A stretch of 64,000 bases of DNA from Takakia lepidozioides (taxonomy: Eukaryota; Plantae; Bryophyta): the NCBI GenBank assembly GCA_030704615.1, contig CM060734.1, forward strand, positions 55,986,001 to 56,050,000, written 5' to 3'. Positions 52,585 to 64,000 of this stretch are shown here, one piece after another. Numbering within the stretch: position 1 is the first letter of the stretch; every line of letters starts with the position of its first letter. Made by a program: the position numbers and the translations under genes. Below the pieces are notes generated by a model. That model did no database searches. It was not told the origin of the DNA and saw nothing but the letters and a program-made list of their open reading frames with translations.

Positions 52585-52660
52585 TGTATTAGTGCCACCA
52601 CTCAGTCAGGATGCGTGCCGCCCAGATGATTTGTGGTTCGAATCCCGCCACCTCGCCTTG
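52585..52660 (+). other. tRNA-derived (SINE-like) remnant
   Basis: B-box GGTTCGAATCCC at about 52635; no intact cloverleaf. Confidence 0.35.
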
Positions 52661-53252
52661 AGGTCTTGTATGCCTCATCATTTTAAAAAAAAAAATTTAA
52701 ATCATTGAAAGGCAGTAAGGCTCCAACATTATTTAAATAAAATACATAAATAACCCTTTCAAATTATTTAACTTTTACAAATGGTCCTTTAAAAAATATT
52801 GATGTAGAGCACTTTGCCTTTTCCAGTGTAAGAGAGCCATGTCGACTTAGTTTTTCTTGCTTTGATGGCATTGACCCACCCATTCCATCTGCTTGATCAT
52901 GACCAAAACAACAACATGTAAACCACGAGAGGCTCTGTCCATTGGAGCAAAAGAGAGGGGAGGTTAAATGAAAGCGGGATGATATTTGTGTTGATACAAA
53001 AATAGGAATATTCTGAGTGTGTGTTTATGTGTGATACATTTTGTGTTGAAGATGTATTTTGGAAAGATTCATCCATTTGTTTTTTTTTAAATAATTTATG
53101 TGATCTAATTGTAAACCTCACTATTGATGTTTTAATAAGAACAAGGAAGCAATATATTTAATTGGTGTTGTAGGATGTAATCAATAAGTTCATATAATTC
53201 ATTATTTAAGTTATCTGACCATTGGAATCTATGTGTTAATACTGGTTTAAAC

Positions 53253-53743
53253 TAGTGTTGGGCGGATATAGAATGATTCGGATATCAAAATCCAGGTATC
53301 CAGCCGGATCCGGATCCGGCAGCTATTTCATATCCGGCTATTATTCATATCCGGCGGATACATAAAACAGATAAAATGGATAGGATCCTACTCGTCGGAT
53401 ATAAAAAGGATTAATAACCGGATTGTATCCGGATATATACCAAAAATACCGGATCTCAACTAGATATAAAGGAAATAATAAAATATTAATAATAAAATAT
53501 TAAAGATGTTATTTTCTATAATTCATATATCGGGATTACCCTATATCTGCCAGATATTATAATCTGAATATCCGGACTTATTTATATCTGGCAGATTTTT
53601 AAAAGCTTCTAGTATGCATAACCGGCGGATATTAGAAATGCAGATTATTCTAATATCCGGATCCGCAAGATATATCATTCTCTAATTTGTCAAGTATCCG
53701 GACCCGGCGGATATTAGAAAAATCTAAGAACCGCCCAACACTC
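53253..53743. mobile_element. Non-autonomous hAT element (MITE), 491 bp
   Basis: 13-bp TIR (T/G)AGTGTTGGGCGG, perfect 8-bp TSD GTTTAAAC, internal ATCCGG/CGGATA repeats. Confidence 0.93.
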
Positions 53744-55495
53744 GTTTAAACCAGGGATTAGATATAGTATTTTCAAGTAAAATATGTATAGGAAGTGATT
53801 GAGTAAAATGTTTTCCAATGTCAAGTGATGTGGCATGACTAATTGTTGACAAAACTTTAATATGACGCTTTGAGTAGTATGAAACACATACTAAAAAATG
53901 GGTATCTAATATTGGCGACGGTAAGTTCTGTATTTCTTGTAAATATATTTCAATTTCAATTATGCTTGGTACAATTGTAAAACATTGCCTTAAATCTGTT
54001 TGAAGCTCTAGTGAAAGAGAAGAAATAATTTCTCTGAAGTGTAATACAAACATTGGTAAATATTCTGCATCAATTGTTTTAGGTAGCAGAAATAATGTTG
54101 ATTCAATAAATGATAATGATGGACATGAAAATATAAATGATTGAGCAATTTGTAATTTATGTTGAACTAAAAAATTATTAATATTCATTTCCATAAATTA
54201 TTCGTATATCATATAATAAATGGGCACTTGTTGTACTAGTAATTCAGATACTCTGCTAAATATTATTTATGGAATTATTTTATGATTTGTTTTTAAAATT
54301 ACGTATAGTATGTTGAATCCATTTCAAAATATTTTAGAAACTATTTTAATGATTGTGTTTATCACTATAACACTCATAAAAATACCCGTTTGAAACTGTT
54401 TTGAAGACCACTTTGGAGACTGAATTTAATACTGTAACACTGAAAAAAACATGTATTTGAGACTGTTTTGAAGACCGTTTTAAAACTGTTTTTGAAAAAC
54501 AAACCGAGATTTGTAGACCGCAATGAAAACCGCAATGAGTATTGAAGCACAAAAATAGTAATTAAAATTTTGTAAGACAAATATTTTGAAAGCTAAAGAC
54601 ATTTAATAAGAAAAACTCAAGTTACATGAACAAAATACATTGTTTAAATGGAAGTAAACTTACAAGTTTTAAACTCAAAATACAGACCTAAAACGAAATA
54701 TATAATATAGAATATGTATATGTAGAGAATAAAAACTATCTAACTATTTAGGTTCCTTAGTTTTTGAAGGCAGATTGTCATCATCGACAAATAGCCGTCG
54801 TTTTGGTTTGTCTTCCTGTTGACCAGAAGGTCCATGTTGAAAAGAGGCTCAGTAAGAGGTTCAGTGCGTGAAAAAACTGTTATCTGAGGTGCTGGTCGAG
54901 TATCCAAAGATATGGGTGAACTTTCAAGTTTTGGAAACAAGTGTGGTTCGATAGATGAATCCTATGTAAATGCTGATAGAACAGATGAGGCTATGTCAGA
55001 AATTGTCTGTACAATTTCTAGACCTGGATTGTGCTCTTTAAAGCCAAACAAGGTAAGAGGTGGGCGATAACATAAATTTATCTTGTAAATTGAATCTAGG
55101 TAGAAGGCCCATTTGTTTGTGCTTGCTGCAAGCCAAAAATTCAGGTTCAGTAGGTTCCAGCCATTGCCCCAGCAAATATGTAATGATGGTTTCAGTCTCA
55201 TCATTGAGTTTTGCTTGAATAAATGTCTGGTTCACCAGTTGTTTGTTTGTGAGACAGACGTTGCAATGAAACTAACCATCTTCCTGTCGAATGAAGTATG
55301 TGAGTCGGCAGTCGACACAAACTCGCTTGTAGGGTGGAGTAGATGGATTCAAAATTGAAAGCAGCATGATAATGATATTATAAACAAATTAGTTATTTTT
55401 AATTTCTAATATTATGTATATATATAATATCTACGATCAATAAGTTGTATTTTTATACCAAAATAAAATAAGGTATATAGTATCAAACATTTAAG

Positions 55496-56314
55496 TCAAC
55501 CAAAAAATGATTGTAAATATAAATAAGTCCTCACGATGGGACGTTTGCAGAGAGTGGAAGCTTCCATGTATAGCTTGAAGATCGATTTGAGTCGATTCAT
55601 CCACAACTGACGAAATAATAGTGAACTGCTCAATTCTCCAATGTTGCTGCATGTAATATTTTTGAACAAAATCATCACACAATGCCCACCATGATAGGCT
55701 TGTATAATTTGATCATATTCCAAGCGGAACTCTAGTCCAAGGGCGACAATCATGGTCATATTCAGTACTCCCATCTGCAAATTGTAATTCTTATATTCAT
55801 TTTTGATTGCAATCACCACAACTGCCAATGTAGCGCATGCCCAAGCCTCATGGGTTCAAACATGAAATTCCTTGATTATGTCAATGTGAAAAAACTTGGG
55901 AATCAAATCAAGTTGAAATGTTGTAATACATTTCATTTCTGTAGTAGACTCAACACGTAACACAACAGACATGTCACCTTTCTCAAAGCCTTTATCTAAC
56001 TTTCGTCGGATGCCAAACTTTTCAACACTGACATATGAACCTCTCACCAGTTTATTCTCATCTTGAGCAGTGAAAGCAGAAGATACAGTCAAAGTGATTG
56101 TTGTATACTCTGATCTGTCTAACAGATCACAGTGAACAACACTTGTTGATTTTGAAGATGTATAAGCTTTCTTTCCAAAAGTACCATAGCGTGATAGAAC
56201 CTTTCCCTCAAAAGCTACCCCACGAGTAGACTCATCAATATCATCTACAATCATTAATGGTCTCTCCCGTATAGGCACAATTGCAGTAGAAGAAGAAGCA
56301 CAAAAAATAATCAT
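55496..56314 (-). pseudogene. RPA70-like tandem OB-fold remnant, probably Helitron-derived
   Basis: GKVLSRY..VVHCDLLD..ITLTV..KLVRGSYVSVEKFGI..VLRVESTTEM..PKFFHIDII resembles OB-fold A and linker; a frameshifted second fold follows (AVVVIAIK..VMILFKNI). Confidence 0.55.
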
Positions 56315-56581
56315 ACCTGAAATTTTGACAGTCTATATTGCAGAAGCACATATTCAAAATAGAAGCTGTTGAAGCTGAGTTGAGTTGTATCAACAGTTCA
56401 AATCCACTTAGCTTCACCATGTCAGAGGATGAACTCTACCACAAAGATGAGGTGTATTATAACAATAGTAAACTTGGAAATCACAGTCTGAGAGCAATGT
56501 GAAACCATACTGCTCAAAAAAAAAATGAGTACCTTCAACCACAGAAGGTAACAACATCTTTCAAACAAGATATGTCATTAA

Positions 56582-57402
56582 CCCCTAATGGACGAGGCGA
56601 CCTGTTTCAGGTCGCGTCAGAATTCATCTACGATGGCAAATCGTTGGATGACCTCGGATCAAAAAACTTTCTGAACGAAAGTTATGCGCCTTGATGTCAT
56701 GCACATGTCTGTCTTTATGGCACCCTAAAATAATAAAAGCCCTGCGGTCAGTAATTTTTTTAGTGTGCAGGGGTACCCGAAATTGGCCGTCCAGCAGCTT
56801 TGACTTAGTGACGTGACAAACTGAGGGGGTGACAACAAGGTAAAGTACAAATAGAAACAAATACAAATCTATGCCTGATTTTTTTGTTAGAATTCTGAAT
56901 TTTTTTTGGAAGTAGTAGTTCATCATTCAAGGAACACTTTCACCGCAACAATTGTGATTCCAAGGAATTTTCGACCCCCTAAGCTTGAATTACATGTCAT
57001 TTGAGCTTCATGGTGTGTTTTGACCCCCCTGTTTTTCCATACAAAGCAACCTTATCAAGATTTTGGAATTCTGCAACATGCTTTAGGTGCCACATAATTG
57101 GAATCTGGATGGGGTCTTGTGAGGAAATGTTTTTTTGTCGATCCAATTTTCTGGTCAAACCATTTTTCCACTCTAAATTTGGAGTGTACCCCAAATTTTG
57201 GGCTTGCAAATTTCTTATAATCTTCCAAACGACACGGTGAAATGAGCTGAAATTTTCACAGAAGCTGGATGAAGTAGGTAGCCTCCTATTCATACGGTTC
57301 TTCCCTATGGAGGTTAGTTTCCTGAGAGATATACCCTCGAATCCGTGAGGGTATGTCCTGTTTTGGAGGGGGCCCACCAAAAACTGCCTCGTCCATTAGG
57401 GA
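56582..57402. mobile_element. piggyBac-like non-autonomous element, 821 bp
   Basis: TTAA on both sides (56578-56581, 57403-57406); 17-bp TIR (C/T)CCCTAATGGACGAGGC. Confidence 0.8.
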
Positions 57403-58394
57403 TTAATGAAAATCAGTGCATTTATGCACAAGTTGGATTAAAATAATTTTTTTAAAAGTAAATAGAGAAAGTAAAAAATTCAAAATTATACACATTAAAT
57501 ACTGAACATAAGTTATTTAAAATATATATATTTTTAATAATGACAGAGAAAAAATGAAGATTTTTTTTATTTTTTTATTTTTTACTAGAACTTGGGGTAG
57601 TGGCCCTAGAGGATTTTATCAGAATTATTAAAAAAAATAAAAAATTGAAAATGGACACATGGTCAGCAGAAGGAAATAGTGCACCTCATCATTTGAGTTG
57701 CAGCCACATCAACTCTATCTTTGTGCAAAAGAAAAATGCCCAACACCGCCAAGGATCTCTGATAAGGGACCCAAAATCTTTGATTATCAAGAAGCTTTGC
57801 ATACCTCACTGTCCATATCGCAGTCTCCTCTGCAGCCAGGATGTCATCTGCCCTCTCCACTTGGTTGTTGAACCTCGCTCCTAGTGCATTGAGTCTCTTG
57901 TAATACTTGTGCCTTCACCCTCTCCTTTATTAGATTCTCTCTCAAACTCAGATTTTCCATTGTAGCAAAAACCCCAAGTTCTTCTAGCAAGAACTCGGCC
58001 AAGCCCTATCTCTTAGGCCTTTGGAGCAAACCCAGAGTAACCTAGTGGCAACATGTGCAACAAAGGTAATCCAAAATAGATTCTAAATTCACAGACGTGC
58101 TACCATATGCACGTCCCTTGAATCGTGAGATGGTATGCCTGCAACCTCCTGCAATGCACCATATGCACTCCACAAAGATATAATTGCGTCTTAACATAAT
58201 AGCCTGATTTGAATGGGATCGGCTCTATAATCTTGCCTTGGCTCCAGATTGGCGGCAGCTGTCTCTCCTGTTGCACGACCCCTCAATCAATTTTTGTAAT
58301 CCCTTGCCAGTACCCCTTCATTGAAGCAGCCGCCCATGAATTCCCTTGCCCTAACTCCACACGTACACCTACTGTCGTTTGGAGGCTCACATCG

Positions 58395-58772
58395 CAGCAA
58401 TACTGGTATCAATATCAATCTCCTCCATCATGATACCAGACAGGTTTGGTATACACCGCAGCATGGAGCCAGGTATGTATTGCCCCTAGTATGGTATAGC
58501 CCGGGGTATTGGCCACTTACCTACCAGCCGGATATGGTATTACCTACCTGGATTGATACCAATATTGATACCAATATTGATACCAATATTGATACCTGGG
58601 TTGGACCTATGTACCGATCCAACACTGGTTCAATCCTCGATGCCAATGACATGACACATTTCTTATAGCTTGCAACCGAAGGTATAAATGCTTTCTATAT
58701 ATTGAAAGTTTAGATCCGGATCCATTGATATCTGTGCTGATATCTTGATGGGTCTATATCCGCCCAACATTA
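58395..58772. repeat. Degenerate MITE remnants (TGGTAT/ATACCA cluster, GATACCAATATT x3, one hAT end)
   Basis: 12-bp tandem at 58555-58595; TATATCCGCCCAACATTA at about 58755-58772 matches the hAT TIR at 53253. Confidence 0.6.
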
Positions 58773-59707
58773 GTTAGGATAAGATCGTCTTATAAGCAGT
58801 AGTGGGTTCAAAGCCAGATGTAAATCAACAATAAAAAGAAATGTGATTGGGTCAACAATCATCTAATGTGTGGATACCTAAGACTTTTAAGGTTTGGGCA
58901 ACTTGATGGCAGTTGTGGAAAGTGTTTATTAGCCTTTTGGGATACTTAACGCTTGCTTCAGCGAGAATAAACTTTTTTTGGTTCACATTATTCATCCATT
59001 TGGGCAACTTCCATCCCAATACTCCACACCAAATGTACTTCCATGCGTAAGGATGAAAACCTAATTTTGATCATATTTGTCTACCTCTTCATGTTTCATA
59101 GTTTGTGCCTTTCATCATATGCCCCTTGGTGTTTTAAAAGTCTATCATTTAATGCTCTCTATAATCTCTACTACCTCTTCACATCGTTCTCTTTGTTTCA
59201 TAATATCTTGACATTTATAATTAAGCTGGCAACAGGTTATGGATGTTGTCACATACCATATGATCTTGGGTTCAAATTCAGATACAAATATACTAGCACA
59301 TATTTTTTCAATCGGGGAGACCCCAAAAGTGCTCACCACCTTGGATTACTTTTAGCAATTCGGTTTCCATATGCTTATATTTCATTATAAGCACGAAGAA
59401 ATTTTCATTCACAAGTTTTCTGTCGGTAATTTGCAACTAGTATATTCCTATATAGCCTATTGGGACCCAAGTTTTTTATTTGATATGGAAAGGTTGTTCA
59501 AACAAATTATGATCAGATAGCCCTTATATTATGGGTCTGGATCTATTGTCTCTTTCATTTATTTAGCAACCCAAATATCTTTAATCCTCATTTTCAATAT
59601 GCAATTGCTTTTTGTCAAATCCATATTTCATTTGTCCACATATGAGCATATCCATTTCCTGAAGGATATTTCTTGAGGTGAAGATGATTATATGTTAAAT
59701 CTCAATT

Positions 59708-60829
59708 ATGCAAGATAGTCGACGTAAAGGAAAGGGCAAACACCGAGGTACTCTTGAAGAGCCGTGGATTTTATATTTTGCTGGATCGTCCATCAAGAAT
59801 GCTACACATTCAGGCTTAGGGGCAATTCTGATGAATGAGATTCGGCAACCGGTAGAAGAAATTTGTCGCTATCTAGGGGGATACACCCTCAATGTGGCCA
59901 CATATGCAGGATTGTATGAGGGTTTGAGGGCAGCGCTCGCCTGGAAAGTTGACCACATTATTTGCTATGGAGGCTCCTGGGTGGTTCATAACCAAGTATT
60001 CTGATCTCATTTTTTATTTATATGATGAAAAACCTAGGATATTTTGTTGAATTCCATGCTACAATTCCAAGTTATTTCATAAGTGCAATTAAAATAGCAA
60101 AAAGTAACCGGGCCAAGGATGGAAAACGGGGGTTTATATGAATTAACATTGAATAACACAATGGAGAGATATGGCTTGAAGAGTTGTGTGATGAAGTTGA
60201 GTTTGTACTAATTTGTTAGTGCACTTGATGGTCACTTTTATGCATGGATATTCAATATGATTATAAGATGGGTATGTTCCTCATTTTTCAAGAAGTACAA
60301 AATTATTTCCCTTTAAAAAATAATAATAATTCAAATTCACTATATGAAAATTATAGGGAGGTTGGATGATTCAATTGATCTTAATCGTCTAGAGATCACA
60401 ACTTGACCGTAAAACATTGTACAGGTGGCGGGACGATGGAAAGTGAAGCAAAGGATAATGAAACTTCTTTGTGAGGGAACAAATCAGCTCATGGATGGAT
60501 TTAAGACAGTTAAATTGGTGCATATAAGTAGAAACAAGAATTTGTATGCTGCTAGGTTGGCTTACGAGGCCATCAATCTGAAAATAGATAGGGATGTGAG
60601 TGAGTCTGAAAGTGAAGAAAATGAGGAAAAATCTACTTCTGAGCTAAGCAATGACGAGTACTATGAACATCCTGTGAATCCGAAGAGACCACCAAAGAAA
60701 AGAAGTAGATCAAAATCCAAGGTAAGTGAATTAACTAGTTGTACTGAACAAAGTGAGGACTTGGAAATCAAACCTAAAAGACCAACTAGGACAAACAAGA
60801 CAAAGTCGCCTAGAAAACCGCGGAGGTAA
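59708..60829 (+). CDS. RNase H1-like (plant/archaeal-type) protein lacking catalytic residues; exons 59708-59995 and 60425-60829
   Basis: WILYFAGSS..SGLGAIL..LG..TLNVATYAGLYEGLRAAL..YGGSWVVHNQ|VAGRWKVK..HISRNKNLYAARLA; phase-0 GT-AG intron; open frame. Confidence 0.8.
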
Positions 60830-61796
60830 ATAATCATTGATATACTTTGCTTTTTGAATCATGATCTGGATTATTGTTCTTTATTCCTGAAAATGTTATC
60901 ATATCGAACTGCAAACACATAATTGTGAAAGCATCAAATACAAAAGAGATCTCTAGCTCTCTCATGTTGTTTATGTGGTGTTATTCAAATGAGTCTTTCT
61001 TCATCTATATTTCAAGTATCACACTCAAAACACACATATCTATGATGATATCATGTATAGATATTTAAAGATTTTACACATTTTTCATCTTTATGACTAA
61101 TGTAATTTAGGAGATTCTTATTGAGTGTAAGTTGGCTCTAAGAACAATGTGCATGAATACAAACTAACAAAAAACTACTCTATATATATTACTACATTTT
61201 CTTGAATTGTAGAGTGTTATTAGTCTTGGTTTTCTAATGGGTCAATGATTCATCTTTATAGAGGTTTGAAGAACTTGCTAATAATTTGTTTAGAAAAACA
61301 AATAAAAAATAACTACCTTAGCTCAGTTTCAGAATAGAATGAATTATATTATATTATTATAAATTTGGAATATTACAAAAAATGGTGCCTTTACAGAATT
61401 TATTTGCCTCTCTATCGTCTTTTTTTCTTCTTCAAAATATCAAACAAAATCTTTAGTAGTAATAGTATCTTTAAAATATTTATGAATATTCATTGAATGA
61501 ACCCCTAATATCTTTTTCTAGTCTATTGTTAATTAATCAGACACAATTCCACTATGGTTTATGGAAGGTTCTTTAAGCAAAGTTAAACAAAATTAAACTT
61601 GCAACATAGTGACAATCAATGTTTTTATTTCTTATTATTTTTTCTAGACTATCTATAGAATCCCAAATCCATGGGTTTGGGCTACTCATTTACAAAACCA
61701 TGGTTAGTCCCACCTTGTGCAAATAGTGAACCCCATTGCAAGGTAGCACAAGTTACCGAGCATTTTAGGATCCCTCTCTAAGCACCTTCTCTTAGA

Positions 61797-62258
61797 GAGG
61801 TGTCAAGTTAATGTACTAGTAGTGTGAAACTGACTAATATATAATTAGTTTTTATATATTGACACTTGGGCTTGATCCAAGTGTCAATCCAGGGATCAAG
61901 AGATTTGTTGACCCTGGACGTGGTTTATCTTCACAGCAGACGCGGTGAGGCTCATACCTCTCGAGTTGAGCCTCCCGCGTCTGGCTATGGCACCGTGTGT
62001 GGATTCTCCACAGCTTGGGGTGCACCGGGCTCGATTCCTGTTTTATGAGTGAAATGTAAGGTTCTTGTTGTTTTATGTCTGATATCACTCGAGAGAGATG
62101 AGCTTTACCACGTCTGCCATGAAGATAAATCACGCCCAGGGGCCAACAAATCTCTTGATCCCTGGATTTACACTTGGATCAAGCCCACATGTCAATTATA
62201 AAAATTAGTTATATATTAGTCAGTTTCACACTACTAGTAAATTAACTTGACATACCTG
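61797..62258. mobile_element. Foldback MITE with about 170-bp inverted arms
   Basis: 61798-61966 is the imperfect reverse complement of 62087-62257; the right end reads TA|CAGGTATGTCAAG (Tc1/mariner-like). Confidence 0.8.
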
Positions 62259-62774
62259 TAAATCCAAATGGCTGAATTTATCCAGGCGTAGGGCCATCAA
62301 ATGATTTCATATCACTTATCAGATGACATTGGGTTGACTGCCAATTACTGTTTTTCTACAAATCCCTGAACGTCTCATCTTCCATGAGTTGAGACTCTTT
62401 CAACATGTCAACAGTCAGATTATTGCTATACAATCCCAACTTACCCATGGGATCATCATCTGAGAAACCATCCAACTCACAATCCCCTTCACTAGCAGAA
62501 TCGCCAATATATAAATGTCCATCCTCCCCATCCCAATCACTATCATTATCTCAATCTGGAAGGAGGGCGCTTCCTAGTTATCATTCCTGACGTGACGTGG
62601 CTCGGACACGTCAGACGTCACGTCACGTCATGTCGAATCCGGACGTTTACCCATGTAATTTTTTATATATATATTTGACTTTTACGATTTACTTCTATCC
62701 TTTGTAATGATATGACAGCCACGGTGTAAAACAGACGTGGCCAATTATTAAAATTTATTACTTCATTTAAAAAA

Positions 62775-64000
62775 ATACGTCCGCCCATATTAGCGGTCGC
62801 TTAAAAGTTATTATTTTTTAAATCAAACGACCACCCATATTGGCGGTCGCTTGTAATTTAATATTTTGTTAAATTAAGCGACCGCCTATATTGGCGGTTG
62901 CCGGCAATTTATGAAGTTTTAAATGAAGCGACCGCCCATATTGGCGGTCGCTTGCAATTTATTATATTTTAAATTAAGCGACGGCCTCTAGGTATTGGTG
63001 GTCGCTTGAAAATTATTATTTAAAAAAATTGAGCAACCGCCCAGATTGGCAATCGCTCGTAGTTTAAAAAATATTAAAAAAACATACAGCGACCGCCATT
63101 CGCCGGCCGTCGCATATTTTTATTTTGATTCTAAAATTAAACGACCGCCGTTTGGAGGTGGCTTCTTTAATGTTTAAAAAAAAATGCAACGACCGCTATT
63201 TGGGCAGTCGCTCGTTTTGTCTTTTTAAATTTAGCGGCTACCATTTAGCGGCAGTGGTTTTTTTTATAAAAAACTTTAAATGAAGCGACTGCAACTACGG
63301 CAATCGCTCTTTTTTTTGAAAAAAATATGAAGCAACCGCCAATACGGCGGTCGCTCTTTTTCGTTTTTCAAAATAATGAAGCAACAGCCAATACGGCGGT
63401 CGTTGTTTTTTTTTTAAAATTTTTAATGAAGCGACCGCCACTACGGTGGTCGCTCATTTTCGTTTATTTATTTTAAAAATGAAGCGACCGCTATATGGGG
63501 GTCGATCTTTATCGCTTTTTAAAAAACTGAAGCGACCGCCAATACGGCGGTCGCTCTTTTAAGTTTTCTTTATTTTTTATTTTTTTAAAAATCATTTAAT
63601 ATTTAAAATTTTAAATAAGTTTTTTTAAATAAAAAAATGAAGCGACGGCGGTCGCTCTTGCTTTTTAAGAAAGTGAAGCGACCGCCAATACAGCGGTCGC
63701 TCCCTTATTTTATTTTTTTGATATAAATTAAAAAATTTAAAATATAAGTTTTTTATTTCTTTTAAAAAATGAAGCGAACCCCAGGGCGGTCAGTCTTTTA
63801 CGCTTCTTAAAAAACTGAAGCGATTATTGGCGGTCACTCCTACAAGTTTTTTTCTTAAGAAAATAGTAATAAAGTCTTAATATTTAAAAAAATGAAGTTT
63901 TTTCAAAGAAAAAAAATGCAGCGACCGCCCTTTGGCAGTCGCACTTTTTCGATTTTTAAAAAACTGAAGCGACCGCCATTACGGCGGTCGCTCCTTTAAG
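62775..64000. repeat. Array of about 22 palindromes AGCGACCGCC-N5-GGCGGTCGCT with AT-rich spacers, about 50-bp period
   Basis: Seen directly; runs off the window end. Confidence 0.92.

Noticed and set aside
52585-52660. Functional tRNA gene
   Set aside because: Only the B-box/T-arm is recognisable; no acceptor or D stems.
62775-64000. CRISPR array
   Set aside because: Spacers are low-complexity A/T runs resembling each other, repeats are degenerate, there are no cas genes, and the context is plant nuclear.

Overview
Eukaryotic nuclear DNA from a land plant, most likely non-seed/bryophyte-grade (inferred from gene style and TE content). The left 25 kb holds host genes: a decayed ASP/ASPM-like fragment, a PLS-class PPR gene whose spliced N-terminus carries two OSB-type PDF motifs, an APY7-like apyrase, a DUF1685 gene and a YTH/ECT m6A reader. 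From 25.3 to 51.8 kb is a three-level transposon nest. An L1 LINE is split in ORF1 by a 20-kb Mutator-type element (10-bp TSD, TIRs), which is itself interrupted by a CACTA element carrying captured RPS3a, PPR and PDF fragments. The Mutator element encodes a GCM-fold/DDE/SWIM transposase and, divergently, a spliced accessory gene ending in a beta-class N6-adenine/N4-cytosine DNA methyltransferase fold with a possible ParB-like N-terminus. This transposase plus amino-MTase module is the best candidate for an undescribed system; this copy is decayed. The right end has a hAT MITE, RPA-like OB-fold remnants, a TTAA-flanked piggyBac-like MITE, an intact RNase H gene lacking all four catalytic acids, a foldback MITE and a palindromic repeat array. 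All family calls are by eye from motifs; no database searches were run.
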